Both the position numbers and the translations under genes were made by a program. Below, piece after piece: positions 20,918-33,463 of a DNA stretch of 64,000 nt. The notes below the pieces were generated by a model. The model saw only the letters and a list, made by a program, of their open reading frames with translations. It did no database searches and was not told the origin of the DNA. This stretch comes from an uncultured Pseudomonadota bacterium (GTDB lineage: Bacteria; Pseudomonadota; Alphaproteobacteria; Rhizobiales; Xanthobacteraceae): contig CAWEYJ010000023.1 in NCBI GenBank assembly GCA_963813165.1, positions 60,361-124,360 on the forward strand. The letters run 5' to 3'. Within the stretch, counting starts at the first letter, position 1. Each line of letters opens with the position of its first letter.

Positions 20918-23900
20918 CTAGTGCGCCTCGTCCCAGTTATTGGCGGCGCGGGCATCGACATGCAGCGGCACCGACAGCAGCACGGCCGGGAACGGCGCGT
21001 CCTGCATGGTGTGCTGCACCACCGGCAAGGTCGCGGCCACCTCTTCGTCGGGCACCTCGAAGATCAATTCGTCATGCACCTGCAGCAGCATCTGCGCGGA
21101 CAGTTTGTGTGCCGCCAGCGCGTCTTCCATCCGCGTCATGGCGCGGCGGATGATGTCGGCCGCGGTACCCTGCAATCGCGCGTTGATCGCCGCGCGCTCG
21201 TTGAAGGACCGGATCGAGGCGTTGGAGGCCTTGATGTCGGGATAATGACACTTCCTGCCGAACAGCGTCTCGACATAGCCGTGCGCCCGGCAGAAATCCC
21301 GCGTCTCGTCCATGTAGGCGCGGATGCCGGGGAAGCGCTCGAAATATTTCTTGATGTAGGCGGAGGCTTCCTCGCGGGGAATGCCGAGCTGGTTGGCAAG
21401 GCCAAAGGCCGAGATGCCGTAGATGATGCCGAAATTGATCGCCTTCGCCCGACGTCGCACCTCGCCCGGCATGTCCTTGACAGGCACGCCGAACATTTCC
21501 GATGCCGTCATGGCGTGAATGTCGAGCCCGTCGCGGAAGGCCTGCTTCAGCACCGGAATGTCGGCGATCTCTGCCAACAGCCGCAACTCGATCTGCGAAT
21601 AGTCCGCCGACACCAGTTTATGGCCGGGAGACGCAATAAAGGCACGGCGGATTTTCCGGCCGTCCTCGGTGCGCACCGGGATGTTCTGCAGATTGGGTTC
21701 GTTCGACGACAGCCGCCCGGTGGTGGTCGCCGCCAGCGCGTAAGTGGTGTGAACGCGATGGGTCTGCGGATGCACATAGGTCGGCAATGCATCGGTATAG
21801 GTCGATTTCAGTTTCGAAACCTGCCGCCATTCCAGAATCTTCTTCGGCAGTTCGTGTCCCTGCTCGGCGAGTTCATCGAGGATCTGCGCGGAGGTCGACC
21901 ACGCCCCGGTCTTGGTCTTGCTGCCGCCGGGCAAGCCCATCTTGCCGAAGATAATGTCGCCGATCTGCTTCGGGCTGCCGACATTGATCGGCTCGCCGGC
22001 GATCTCCTGGATCTCGGATTCGACCCGCGCGGCGGTCTGGGCGAAATCGCCCGACAGACGCGACAGCACCTGGCGGTCGATCGAGATGCCGCGCCGTTCC
22101 ATGCGCGCCAGCACGCCGATCAAGGGCCGCTCCAGCGTCTCATAGACCGCGGTCATGCGCTCGGCGATCAGCCGCGGCTTGAGCACCTGCCATAACCGCA
22201 GGATCACATCGGCGTCCTCGGCCGAATAGGCCGTCGCCTTGTCGATCGCGACCTGATCGAAGGTGAGCTTGCCTTTGCCGCTGCCGGTCAGATCGCCATA
22301 ACTCATGGTGGCATGACCGAGCCATCGCTCGGCCAGCGCATCGAGCCCGTGGGCGTTGCGGCCGGCGTCGAGCGCGTATGACATCAACTGCGCGTCATCG
22401 TGATTGCGCAGCGTGATGCCGGCTTGCGCGAATATCACGGCGTTGAACTTGATATCGAAGCCGATCTTCAGAATGCCGGCCGATTCCAGCAGCGGCCGCA
22501 GCGCGTCGAGGGCGTCTTCGGACTTGATCTGATCGGGCGCGAGGCCCGCATCGAACAATCCGGCCCCACCGCCGGACTGTTTGTGGGCGAGCGGGACATA
22601 ACAGGCATCGTTCGGCGCCAGCGCCAGCGCGATGCCGCAAATGTCGGCCTGCATCGGATTGTCCGAACTCGCCTTGGCTTCGATGGCGAAATGGCCGACA
22701 TCATGCACCCGCGCGATCCAGGCGTTGAGCGCATCGAGGCTGCGGATGGTCTGGTAGCTGTTGCGATCGACCCGAATTTTCCGCGCCGCCTCGGCGCGCG
22801 CGGCGGCGAGCGCCCGCGGGGTGAGGGGCTTGTCGTCTGTTTGAGTTCGGCCTCTCGCCGCATTCGGCGCGCTCCCTCTCCCGCTTGCGGGGGAGGGCGG
22901 GGTGGGGGCGCTTTGATCCGGAAAGAGGCCCCCACCCGCCGGGCTTCGCCCGTCGACCTCCCCCGCAAGCGGGAGAGGTAAGGGAGCATCGCCGTTCGCA
23001 GCGACGCGTCCGCTACCGCTGCTGTTCTTCCCGTCCGCTTCGACATCCGCCGGATCGATCTGCGAATACTCGGCGACGCGGCGGGTCAGCGTCGAAAATT
23101 CCATCGCCTTCAGAAAGGCGATCAGCTTGCGCGCGTCGGGCTCATGCACCGCGAGCTCATCGAGCGGCACCTCCAGCTTGACCTTGTCGTCGAGCAGCAC
23201 CAGTTGCCGCGATATCCGCGCCTTCTCGGCATTCCCGATCAGCGCTTCGCGCCGCTTCGGCTGCTTGATCTCGCCGGAGCGCTTGAGCAGCGTTTCCAGG
23301 TCGCCATATTCGACGATCAGTTGCGCGGCGGTCTTGATGCCGATTCCCGGCACGCCCGGCACATTGTCGGTCGAATCGCCGGCCAGCGCCTGCACCTCGA
23401 CGACCTTTTCGGGAGGCACGCCGAATTTCTCGATCACCTCGGCGATGCCGATGCGGCGGTCCTTCATGGTGTCGAACATGGTCACCTTGTCGGTGACGAG
23501 CTGCATCAGGTCCTTGTCCGAGGAGACGATGGTCGTGGTCGCGCCACGCTCGCCGGCCTCGCGGGCATAGGTTGCGATCAGGTCGTCGGCCTCGAAGCCG
23601 CCTTGCTCGAGGCAAGGCAGATCGAAGGCGCGGACCGCCTCGCGGATCAGCGGAAATTGCGGAATCAGGTCGTCCGGCGCCGGCGGCCGGTGCGCCTTGT
23701 AGTCCGGATAGAGCTTGTTGCGGAAGGTGATTTCCGACTTGTCGAAGATGATGGCGAGGTGGGTCGGCCGGTTATCCGGCGGCATGTCGCGCAGCAGCTT
23801 CCACAGCATGTTGCAGAAGCCGAGTACGGCGTTGACCTGCAATCCGTCGGATTTGCGGTTCAGCGGCGGCAGCGCGTGGTAGGCGCGAAAAATATAGGAG

Positions 23901-23989
23901 GAACCGTCGACCAGAAAGACGTGATCGCCCTTGGCAAGGGCTTTGACGGCGGCAGGCTTTGGAGCGGCTTTTTCGGAGGTTTTCGGCAT
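20918..23989 (-). CDS. polA: DNA polymerase I
   Basis: LVDGSSYIFRAYH, GDSTDNVPG, SADYSQIELR, KAINFGIIYG and LQVHDEL. Confidence 0.98.
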   Translation of the reverse strand: MPKTSEKAAPKPAAVKALAKGDHVFLVDGSSYIFRAYHALPPLNRKSDGLQVNAVLGFCNMLWKLLRDMPPDNRPTHLAIIFDKSEITFRNKLYPDYKAHRPPAPDDLIPQFPLIREAVRAFDLPCLEQGGFEADDLIATYAREAGERGATTTIVSSDKDLMQLVTDKVTMFDTMKDRRIGIAEVIEKFGVPPEKVVEVQALAGDSTDNVPGVPGIGIKTAAQLIVEYGDLETLLKRSGEIKQPKRREALIGNAEKARISRQLVLLDDKVKLEVPLDELAVHEPDARKLIAFLKAMEFSTLTRRVAEYSQIDPADVEADGKNSSGSGRVAANGDAPLPLPLAGEVDGRSPAGGGLFPDQSAPTPPSPASGRGSAPNAARGRTQTDDKPLTPRALAAARAEAARKIRVDRNSYQTIRSLDALNAWIARVHDVGHFAIEAKASSDNPMQADICGIALALAPNDACYVPLAHKQSGGGAGLFDAGLAPDQIKSEDALDALRPLLESAGILKIGFDIKFNAVIFAQAGITLRNHDDAQLMSYALDAGRNAHGLDALAERWLGHATMSYGDLTGSGKGKLTFDQVAIDKATAYSAEDADVILRLWQVLKPRLIAERMTAVYETLERPLIGVLARMERRGISIDRQVLSRLSGDFAQTAARVESEIQEIAGEPINVGSPKQIGDIIFGKMGLPGGSKTKTGAWSTSAQILDELAEQGHELPKKILEWRQVSKLKSTYTDALPTYVHPQTHRVHTTYALAATTTGRLSSNEPNLQNIPVRTEDGRKIRRAFIASPGHKLVSADYSQIELRLLAEIADIPVLKQAFRDGLDIHAMTASEMFGVPVKDMPGEVRRRAKAINFGIIYGISAFGLANQLGIPREEASAYIKKYFERFPGIRAYMDETRDFCRAHGYVETLFGRKCHYPDIKASNASIRSFNERAAINARLQGTAADIIRRAMTRMEDALAAHKLSAQMLLQVHDELIFEVPDEEVAATLPVVQHTMQDAPFPAVLLSVPLHVDARAANNWDEAH
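22872..22981. repeat. Family B palindromic doublet inserted in frame in polA
   Basis: Near-identical to 20167-20294; translated as LPLAGEVDGRSPAGGGLFPDQSAPTPPSPASGRGS. Confidence 0.9.
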
Positions 23990-24139
23990 GGCCGCAACTT
24001 AGGGATTTTTGCGGCGATTGACAGCCTTTGGGACGGGATGTTCCGGGATTTTTGCGTTCCACGGCATTTCCCGAATGAGTTGCAACGGCAGCCGTTCCAT
24101 GTCCCCCTGCGGCAATCGGCCGGCCGAAAGGGAGAATCC

Positions 24140-24724
24140 ATGACCGCGCAACTCGACACGCTGATGGACAAGCTGCGATCGGTCGAGGCCGAAATCGAAG
24201 CCGAATTGGCCAAGCGCCGCGAAGAACTGCGTTACCGCATTGAAAGCCGCAGGATCGTATTCGAAGAAGACGTCAGGCGCATCCACCGCGCCATCAAGAC
24301 CCATGCTGCGCGCTATTTCATCAACGCCAACCCGCTGATCGTGCTGACGGCGCCGGTGATCTATTCGCTGATCGTTCCGATCGCGCTGGTCGACATCTGG
24401 GTGATGGCCTATCAGGCGATCTGCTTTCCGATCTACAGGATTCCAAAAGTGCGCCGCCGCGACTACCTGATCTTCGATCGCCACCATCTCGCTTATCTCA
24501 ACGTCATCGAGAAGATCAATTGCGCCTACTGCTCCTATTGCAACGGAGCGATCGCGTTTGTGCGCGAGGTGGGGTCGCGCACCGAGGTCTACTGGTGTCC
24601 GATCAAGCATGCCCGCCGGATACTCGGCCCGCACCCGCATTACCAGGGATTTGCCGACTTCGGCGACGCCGAAGGATTTCGCGAAAAACTGGTGCAGATG
24701 AAGGATGGCGTCAAGATCGGTTGA
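24140..24724 (+). CDS. Hypothetical membrane protein with a Cys/His cluster
   Basis: GGAGA RBS, N-terminal coiled coil, one hydrophobic segment, CAYCSYCNG and YWCPIKH. Confidence 0.82.
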   Translation: MTAQLDTLMDKLRSVEAEIEAELAKRREELRYRIESRRIVFEEDVRRIHRAIKTHAARYFINANPLIVLTAPVIYSLIVPIALVDIWVMAYQAICFPIYRIPKVRRRDYLIFDRHHLAYLNVIEKINCAYCSYCNGAIAFVREVGSRTEVYWCPIKHARRILGPHPHYQGFADFGDAEGFREKLVQMKDGVKIG

Positions 24725-24771
24725 AGAGCGGACCGCATCTCGATGACGGCTTGCCTCGTTGGTGCGCCTGG

Positions 24772-25839
24772 TTACTCCGCCGCCTGCAACGCCTTGCGCG
24801 GCTTTTTCGGTGCGATCCAGAACGCGGCGGGACGCTCAAACAGGAAGTCAGCGCCGACCGCCAGCGCCATCTGCCACAGCGCCAGCGCCCCGGCGACGCC
24901 GACGATCGTGACAATGAGCGAAATCGCCCCGATATCGTGGATCAGGCCGGTCCTCAGCAACAGCGTCCGCGTCGCAGCCATCGGCAGGAAGAATGCCAGA
25001 TAGATGACGATGGAGTGCTCGCCGAAGAAGCGCAGGAAAGTCAGCCAGTGCGCCCGCGCCAGCAGCGTGCCTATGGTGATGATCGCGCAGGCGCCGGCAA
25101 GCCCAAGCGCGAGCGAGATCAGGGGCCATTCGCTGAAACCGAATTTTACCAGGCTGCCGTTGACGAGGGCCCAGAGCGCCAGGCCGACGAGCGCCCCCGC
25201 GGGACGCGCCCGTGCGCGGTCGGACAGCGCGAACACATAATCGGCGAACAAATAGCCGGAGTAGAAATAGAGGAAGCGCGCGCAAAATTCATCGATCACG
25301 GTCCAGCCGGTCGCAATATGTGCCATCTCCAATAACGCCGCGACGCCCCAGATCGGCAGCGGCGGCCATCGCCGGGTGGCCTTGGTGACGACGAAGAACA
25401 CCGGCAGCAGATAGATGAACCATAGCGTGCCGAAAGGCTCGATGAAGGATTCCAGATACAGGAAGCCGACGTGAGTCCAGCCTGTCTCGGCGGCAAAGGA
25501 TGGCGCCTTGAAGCCGAACTGGATCGTCACCCACAGCACGTAAAAATAGGCAAAATGCACGACCTTGCGGTCGAGATAGGTGCGCCAGTCGCGGTCGATC
25601 ACGATCGACAGGAACAGGCCGGAGATCAGGAAGAAATCCGGCATCCGGAACGGCTTGGCGAACATGACAACCAGATGCATGAAGCCGGTCTGGCCGGCGG
25701 CGGCCTCGACGCCCAGCACCGAATGCATCATCACCACCATGACGATGCAGATGCCCTTGGCGTAGTCCACCCAGTCGACGCGTCCGGGCGCCGAAGGCAC
25801 GGAATGCGCGGCAATGGCGGATGTGCCATTTGGTGTCAT
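24772..25839 (-). CDS. Acyltransferase family 3 (OafA/NodX-like membrane O-acyltransferase)
   Basis: DWVDYAKGICIVMVVMMH, FRMPDFFLISG and LWFIYLL. Confidence 0.9.
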   Translation of the reverse strand: MTPNGTSAIAAHSVPSAPGRVDWVDYAKGICIVMVVMMHSVLGVEAAAGQTGFMHLVVMFAKPFRMPDFFLISGLFLSIVIDRDWRTYLDRKVVHFAYFYVLWVTIQFGFKAPSFAAETGWTHVGFLYLESFIEPFGTLWFIYLLPVFFVVTKATRRWPPLPIWGVAALLEMAHIATGWTVIDEFCARFLYFYSGYLFADYVFALSDRARARPAGALVGLALWALVNGSLVKFGFSEWPLISLALGLAGACAIITIGTLLARAHWLTFLRFFGEHSIVIYLAFFLPMAATRTLLLRTGLIHDIGAISLIVTIVGVAGALALWQMALAVGADFLFERPAAFWIAPKKPRKALQAAE

Positions 25840-26009
25840 CGGTGTCCCTTTTTGGCGCTGGAACGCGGCATCATCGGCCTGATCGGTTTCTTTCTCCTTT
25901 ATTCATACAAATGACATGCCGCTTTTTCGGAACTTTCCGGTTTCCCCTTTGGCGGATCATGCGCTAAGACCCGCCCACATAACGTTAACCATTATTGATG
26001 GGTTTGCAG

Positions 26010-27320
26010 ATGCGCATCGCCATGATTGGCACGGGCTATGTGGGGCTGGTGTCAGGCGCCTGTTTCGCGGATTTCGGCCACCAGGTCACCTGTGTGGACA
26101 AGGACGGCGACAAGATCGCGAGCTTGCGTCGGGGGGAAATCCCGATTTTCGAGCCCGGCCTCGATGCGCTGGTAGCTTCCAATGTGAAGGCCGGGCGGCT
26201 GGGTTTTGCCACCGATCTTGCCGCGCCGGTCGCGGCGGCCGACGCGGTGTTCATTGCCGTCGGTACCCCGTCCCGACGCGGCGACGGCCACGCCGATCTG
26301 AGCTACGTTCATGCCGCGGCGCGCGAGATCGCAACGGCGCTGGATGGCTTCACCGTCGTGGTCACCAAATCGACAGTGCCGGTCGGCACCGGTGACGAAG
26401 TCGAGCGGCTGATTCACGAAGCCAATCCATCGGCCGACGTGGTGGTGGCCTCCAATCCGGAATTTCTGCGCGAGGGTGCCGCGATCCGTGACTTCAAGTT
26501 TCCGGATCGCATCGTGGTCGGCACTTCGGATGAGCGCGCGCGCAAGGTGCTCGGCGATATCTACCGGCCGTTGTCGCTCAACCAGGCGCCGCTGATGTTT
26601 ACCGAGCGTCGCACCGCCGAGCTGATCAAATACGCGGCGAATGCGTTTCTCGCCACCAAGATCACCTTCATCAACGAGATCGCGGATTTGGCCGAAAAGG
26701 TCGGCGCCGACGTGCAGGAAGTCGCGCGCGGCATCGGGCTCGACAATCGCATCGGCTCGAAATTCCTGCATGCCGGTCCCGGCTTCGGCGGCTCCTGCTT
26801 TCCAAAGGATACCCGCGCGCTGGTCAAGATCGCGCTCGATCACAACGTTCCGTTGCGGATCGTGGAGGCCGTGCTGGCGGTCAACGACAACCGCAAGCGC
26901 GCGATGGCGCGCAAGGTCGCAGGCGCGGCGGGCGGCAGCCTGCGCGGCAAGACCATCGCCGTGCTTGGCCTGACCTTCAAGCCCGACACCGACGACATGC
27001 GCGAGGCGCCGTCGATTCCGCTCGTGACCGGGCTGCTCGACATGGGCGCGAAGGTGCGCGCGCACGACCCGGTCGGGATGGAACAGGCGCGGCGCGAATT
27101 GCCCGATATCGAATATTGCGACGATCCCTACGCTTGCGTTCGCGGCGCGGACGCCATGGTGGTGGTGACCGAATGGGTGCAATACCGTACCCTCGACCTT
27201 GAGCGCCTGAAGAGCGAACTGGCGCACCCCGTGGTCGTCGACCTGCGCAATATCTATCGCCCGGAAGAGATGACGGCGCTCGGCTTTATTTATGAAAGCG
27301 TCGGGCGCGGGACGATTTGA
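26010..27320 (+). CDS. ugd: UDP-glucose/GDP-mannose 6-dehydrogenase
   Basis: IGTGYVGL, SNPEFLREG, GFGGSCFPKD and GLTFKPDTDDMR. Confidence 0.96.
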   Translation: MRIAMIGTGYVGLVSGACFADFGHQVTCVDKDGDKIASLRRGEIPIFEPGLDALVASNVKAGRLGFATDLAAPVAAADAVFIAVGTPSRRGDGHADLSYVHAAAREIATALDGFTVVVTKSTVPVGTGDEVERLIHEANPSADVVVASNPEFLREGAAIRDFKFPDRIVVGTSDERARKVLGDIYRPLSLNQAPLMFTERRTAELIKYAANAFLATKITFINEIADLAEKVGADVQEVARGIGLDNRIGSKFLHAGPGFGGSCFPKDTRALVKIALDHNVPLRIVEAVLAVNDNRKRAMARKVAGAAGGSLRGKTIAVLGLTFKPDTDDMREAPSIPLVTGLLDMGAKVRAHDPVGMEQARRELPDIEYCDDPYACVRGADAMVVVTEWVQYRTLDLERLKSELAHPVVVDLRNIYRPEEMTALGFIYESVGRGTI

Positions 27321-27341
27321 GTTAGCTTGTAACGGCGTTTT

Positions 27342-27433
27342 CCGTCATGGCCGGGCTTGTCCCGGCCATCCACGTCTTGTTCTCTGCTTGCTCAGGAAAG
27401 ACGTGGATGCCCGGCACAAGGCCGGGCATGACG
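27342..27433. repeat. Family A CGTC-tagged REP doublet
   Basis: CCGTCATGGCCGGGCTTGTCCCGGCCATCCACGTC ... GACGTGGATGCCCGGCACAAGGCCGGGCATGACG. Confidence 0.92.
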
Positions 27434-27447
27434 ATTTGGTGAGAAAA

Positions 27448-30051
<2,604 letters not shown>

Positions 30052-30220
30052 GTGGAGGCGTCATCCGCCGCGGCTCAACGGAATGAACGCCGCGTATCCA
30101 GCCCCTCCCATTAACACTTCGCTCATCCTTTTCGTCAAAATGGCAGCCTTTCCCGCCGCCGTTAGTCGCGACTTGGCGGCTAACGTGGTGATATCGGCTG
30201 TTCGGATCGAGTGTGGCGTG

Positions 30221-30733
30221 ATGCGTAATATAATGATCTTTGCCGCCTTCATCGCCGGCCTCGGCACCCTGATGGCGCAGATGGCCGACAAGATGACACC
30301 GGCGCTCGCCCATAACGCGTCTCCTAAAGCTGCCTTCGTGGAGACCGTCGCGCAGACCGGTTCTCGCAGCATCCGCATCCCCCGCGACGCCCGCGGCCAT
30401 TTCGAAACCGAAGGCCGGATCGACGGCCAGCGCATCGGCTTCATGGTCGATACCGGCGCCTCGATGATTGCACTGAACGAAACCTCCGCCGCGCGGTTCG
30501 GGCTGCGCCCATCGCGCAACGATTACAACGCCACGGTCACCACCGCCAACGGCACCATCAAGGCCGCGCGCACCCGGCTTGCCATGGTCGATGTCGGAGG
30601 ACTGGTGGTACGCGATGTCGATGCCATGGTGCTGCCCGACGAAGCCCTGTCGGAGAACCTGCTCGGCCTGTCGTTCCTGTCGAAGCTGAAGCGCTTCGAA
30701 TACGCCAATGGCCAGATGGTGCTGGAGCAATAG
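30221..30733 (+). CDS. Clan AA aspartic protease (TIGR02281 type)
   Basis: GHF...G.IDG, FMVDTGAS and LLGLSFL, with an N-terminal signal/TM segment. Confidence 0.92.
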   Translation: MRNIMIFAAFIAGLGTLMAQMADKMTPALAHNASPKAAFVETVAQTGSRSIRIPRDARGHFETEGRIDGQRIGFMVDTGASMIALNETSAARFGLRPSRNDYNATVTTANGTIKAARTRLAMVDVGGLVVRDVDAMVLPDEALSENLLGLSFLSKLKRFEYANGQMVLEQ

Positions 30734-31386
30734 GGCTCTTTCGCTGGGTTGGGTTTGAGTGTTTGAAGGCAAGTGCTTGAAGGAGGGCTTGCTCAATGGC
30801 GCGGAAGCGTCGCTTCCGGTTCGGCTTACCCATCGTCTTCGCCGGGCGCCAGTCCGTCGGCGGGGTCAGCCAATTCGGTTCGCTGCGGCGGCCACCTTCT
30901 GCGCGCTCGGCAGTGGATGGCCTGAAAGCGTGTCGTCTGATTCAAAAAGCCCGCAGCGGATTTTCCGGCGCGGGCTCAATTGTTGCGACGATGAAGATAT
31001 GCCGGTGATTTGCCCGCCGAGGCTGGCAAAATATTCTGCGGGATCGTACTCAGAGCGGGTAGAAGCGATGCTATTTTTGACCCACACTGGGCTGGGTTAG
31101 AATATTTTACATCGACTAGGCCCGACCAACTGCGTTCAAAAATTCCCCGCGTCGTTGCCGGCAAACGAATATCTGGCTCAAGTAGCTCGACGTGTCGAAT
31201 TATCTGACGCGGAGATTGTAGGGCGCCGGGAGCGGCTGCAAATGATGACCGTACGGCAATGACCTGTCGCTGCCAATCCGCCGCAATTAATCGCCACAAA
31301 ACGGCTGTCCCGCCTTCCGCCGCGCCCGCGCATTCGCTAAGGCTGCGGTGCCAATCCCTTTTCAGCTTTCCCGACGAGGCATCCAG

Positions 31387-32887
31387 ATGTTTCCGAAGCC
31401 GAAATCCGTTCTGGTTCCGAATACCTATGCCTATGAATCCGAGCCGATGGTCAAGGCGACCGGGTTTCGCGAATACGATGCCCGCTGGCTGTTCGGCAAG
31501 GAAATCAACCTGATGGGCATTCAGGCGCTGGGCATGGGGCTGGGCGCGCTGATTGCGGAACTCGGCGCCAGGCAGGAGGTCGTCACCGGGCACGATTTCC
31601 GCGGCTATTCGGCTTCGATCAAATATGCGCTGATTTCGGGATTGCTGGCGTCAGGCTGCAAGGTTCACGACATCGGCCTGTGCATGACGCCGATGGCATA
31701 TTTTGCGCAATTCGATCTCGATGTTCCCTGCGTCGCGATGGTGACGGCCTCGCATAACGACAATGGCTGGACCGGCGTCAAAATGGGCGCCAATCGGCCG
31801 CTCACCTTCGGCCCCGACGAGATGAACCGTCTGAAAGAGATCGTGCTCAATGCCGACTTCAAGAACAAGGTCGGGCGGATCGTATCAATTTCACGAGAAT
31901 TTTCCGGCCCGCTACATCGCCGATTTGACCAGGCGGCCGAAACTGAAACGCAAGCTGAAAGTCGTGGTCGCCTGCGGCAACGGCACCGCGGGCGCCTTCG
32001 CGCCGCAGGTGATGCAGGCGATCGGCTGCGAGGTGGTGCCGCTCGACACCGAACTCGATTACACGTTCCCGAAATACAATCCCAATCCCGAAGATATGGA
32101 AATGCTGCACGCCATCCGCGACGCGGTGCTGGCGAACAAGGCGGATGTCGGCCTCGGTTTCGACGGCGACGGCGACCGCTGCGGCGTGGTCGACAATACC
32201 GGCGAGGAAATTTTCGCCGACAAGGTCGGCGTGATGCTGGCGCGCGACATGTCGGCGATCCACAAGAATGCGCAGTTCGTGGTCGACGTGAAATCGACCG
32301 GGCTGTTCGTGACCGATCCGGTGCTGCAAAAGCAGGGTGCGAAGGCGACCTACTGGAAGACCGGCCATTCCTACATGAAGCGCCGCACCAACGAATTGGG
32401 CGCGCTGGCGGGCTTCGAGAAGTCCGGCCACTTCTTCTTCAACGCGCCGTTCGGCCGCGGTTATGATGACGGCCTGATTTCGGCGATCGCGGTTTGCGAG
32501 ATGCTCGATCGCGCGCCCGGAAAGTCGATGGCGGATCTGAAAAACGCGTTGCCGAAAACCTGGTCCTCGCCGACCATGTCGCCGCATTGCTCGGACGAGG
32601 CCAAATACGGCATCGTCGATGATGTGGTGAAGCATTTCGAGGCGATCCAGAACAAGGGCGGCAAGGTTGCGGGGCAGCCGATCCGCGATCTCGTCACCGT
32701 CAACGGCGTGCGCGTCACCGTCGAGGATGGCAGCTGGGGCCTGGTGCGGGCGTCGTCCAACAAGCCGGAACTGGTTGTCGTGGTCGAGAGCCCGGTATCC
32801 GAGCAGCGTATGCGCGACATGTTCGTGGCGATGGATTCCGTGTTGCGCACCCATCCCGAAGTCGGCGAATACAATCAGAAAATCTGA
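31387..32887 (+). pseudogene. Phosphomannomutase/phosphoglucomutase with a +1 frameshift at about 31873 (or assembly error)
   Basis: FREYDARW, TASHN, GFDGDGDR, EKSGH and VRASSN; one extra G in GTCGGGCGGA splits the frame. Confidence 0.9.
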
Positions 32888-32890
32888 GCG

Positions 32891-33391
32891 CTACGCCGCC
32901 GGTACCGGCAACGCGGTGACCGATTTGATCTTCTCCATCGCGAAACGCGACGTGACATTCTTCAGCGGTACGGCGCCGATCAGCTTCTTGTAAAAGATAT
33001 CGTAGCTCGGCATGTCCGCGACCACGACGCGCAGCATGTAGTCGACGTCGCCCGCCATGCGGTAGAATTCCATCACCTCGGGCATCGCGCTGACGGCGTC
33101 CGCGAAGGTCCGCAGCCAGGCTTCCGAATGATCGGCGCTCTCGACCGACACGAATACCGAAATGCCGAGCCCGATCTTGTTCTGATCGACCAGCGCCACC
33201 CGGCGCAGGATCACGCCGTCGGCCTCGAGCCGCTGGATGCGCTTCCAGCATGGCGTCGATGACAGCCCGACCCGGTCGCCGATCTCGGCGACCGACAACG
33301 AGGCGTCGTCCTGCAGCACCGTCAGGATTTTGCGGTCGATGGCGTCGAGGCGGCGGTTGGGCTCGAGAACGTGAACAGCAACATCGGTCAT
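32891..33391 (-). CDS. Lrp/AsnC-family transcriptional regulator
   Basis: LDAIDRKIL, VGLSSTPCWKRI and RMAGDVDYML. Confidence 0.95.
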   Translation of the reverse strand: MTDVAVHVLEPNRRLDAIDRKILTVLQDDASLSVAEIGDRVGLSSTPCWKRIQRLEADGVILRRVALVDQNKIGLGISVFVSVESADHSEAWLRTFADAVSAMPEVMEFYRMAGDVDYMLRVVVADMPSYDIFYKKLIGAVPLKNVTSRFAMEKIKSVTALPVPAA

Positions 33392-33463
33392 GAGAAGAAC
33401 TTTGTTCCATACATGAGGTCAATATCCCTCATATAGAGAAAATTCTTCTAGTACAAGCCCATT

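Noticed and set aside
27292-27447. N-terminal extension of hrpB (and similarly of fmt at 43337-43396)
   Set aside because: These are read-through translations of family A repeats; the downstream starts fit the protein families
33398-33408. GAACTTTGTTC upstream of the Lrp regulator as an SOS box
   Set aside because: It is an inverted arrangement with 3-bp spacing and does not match GAAC-N7-GAAC
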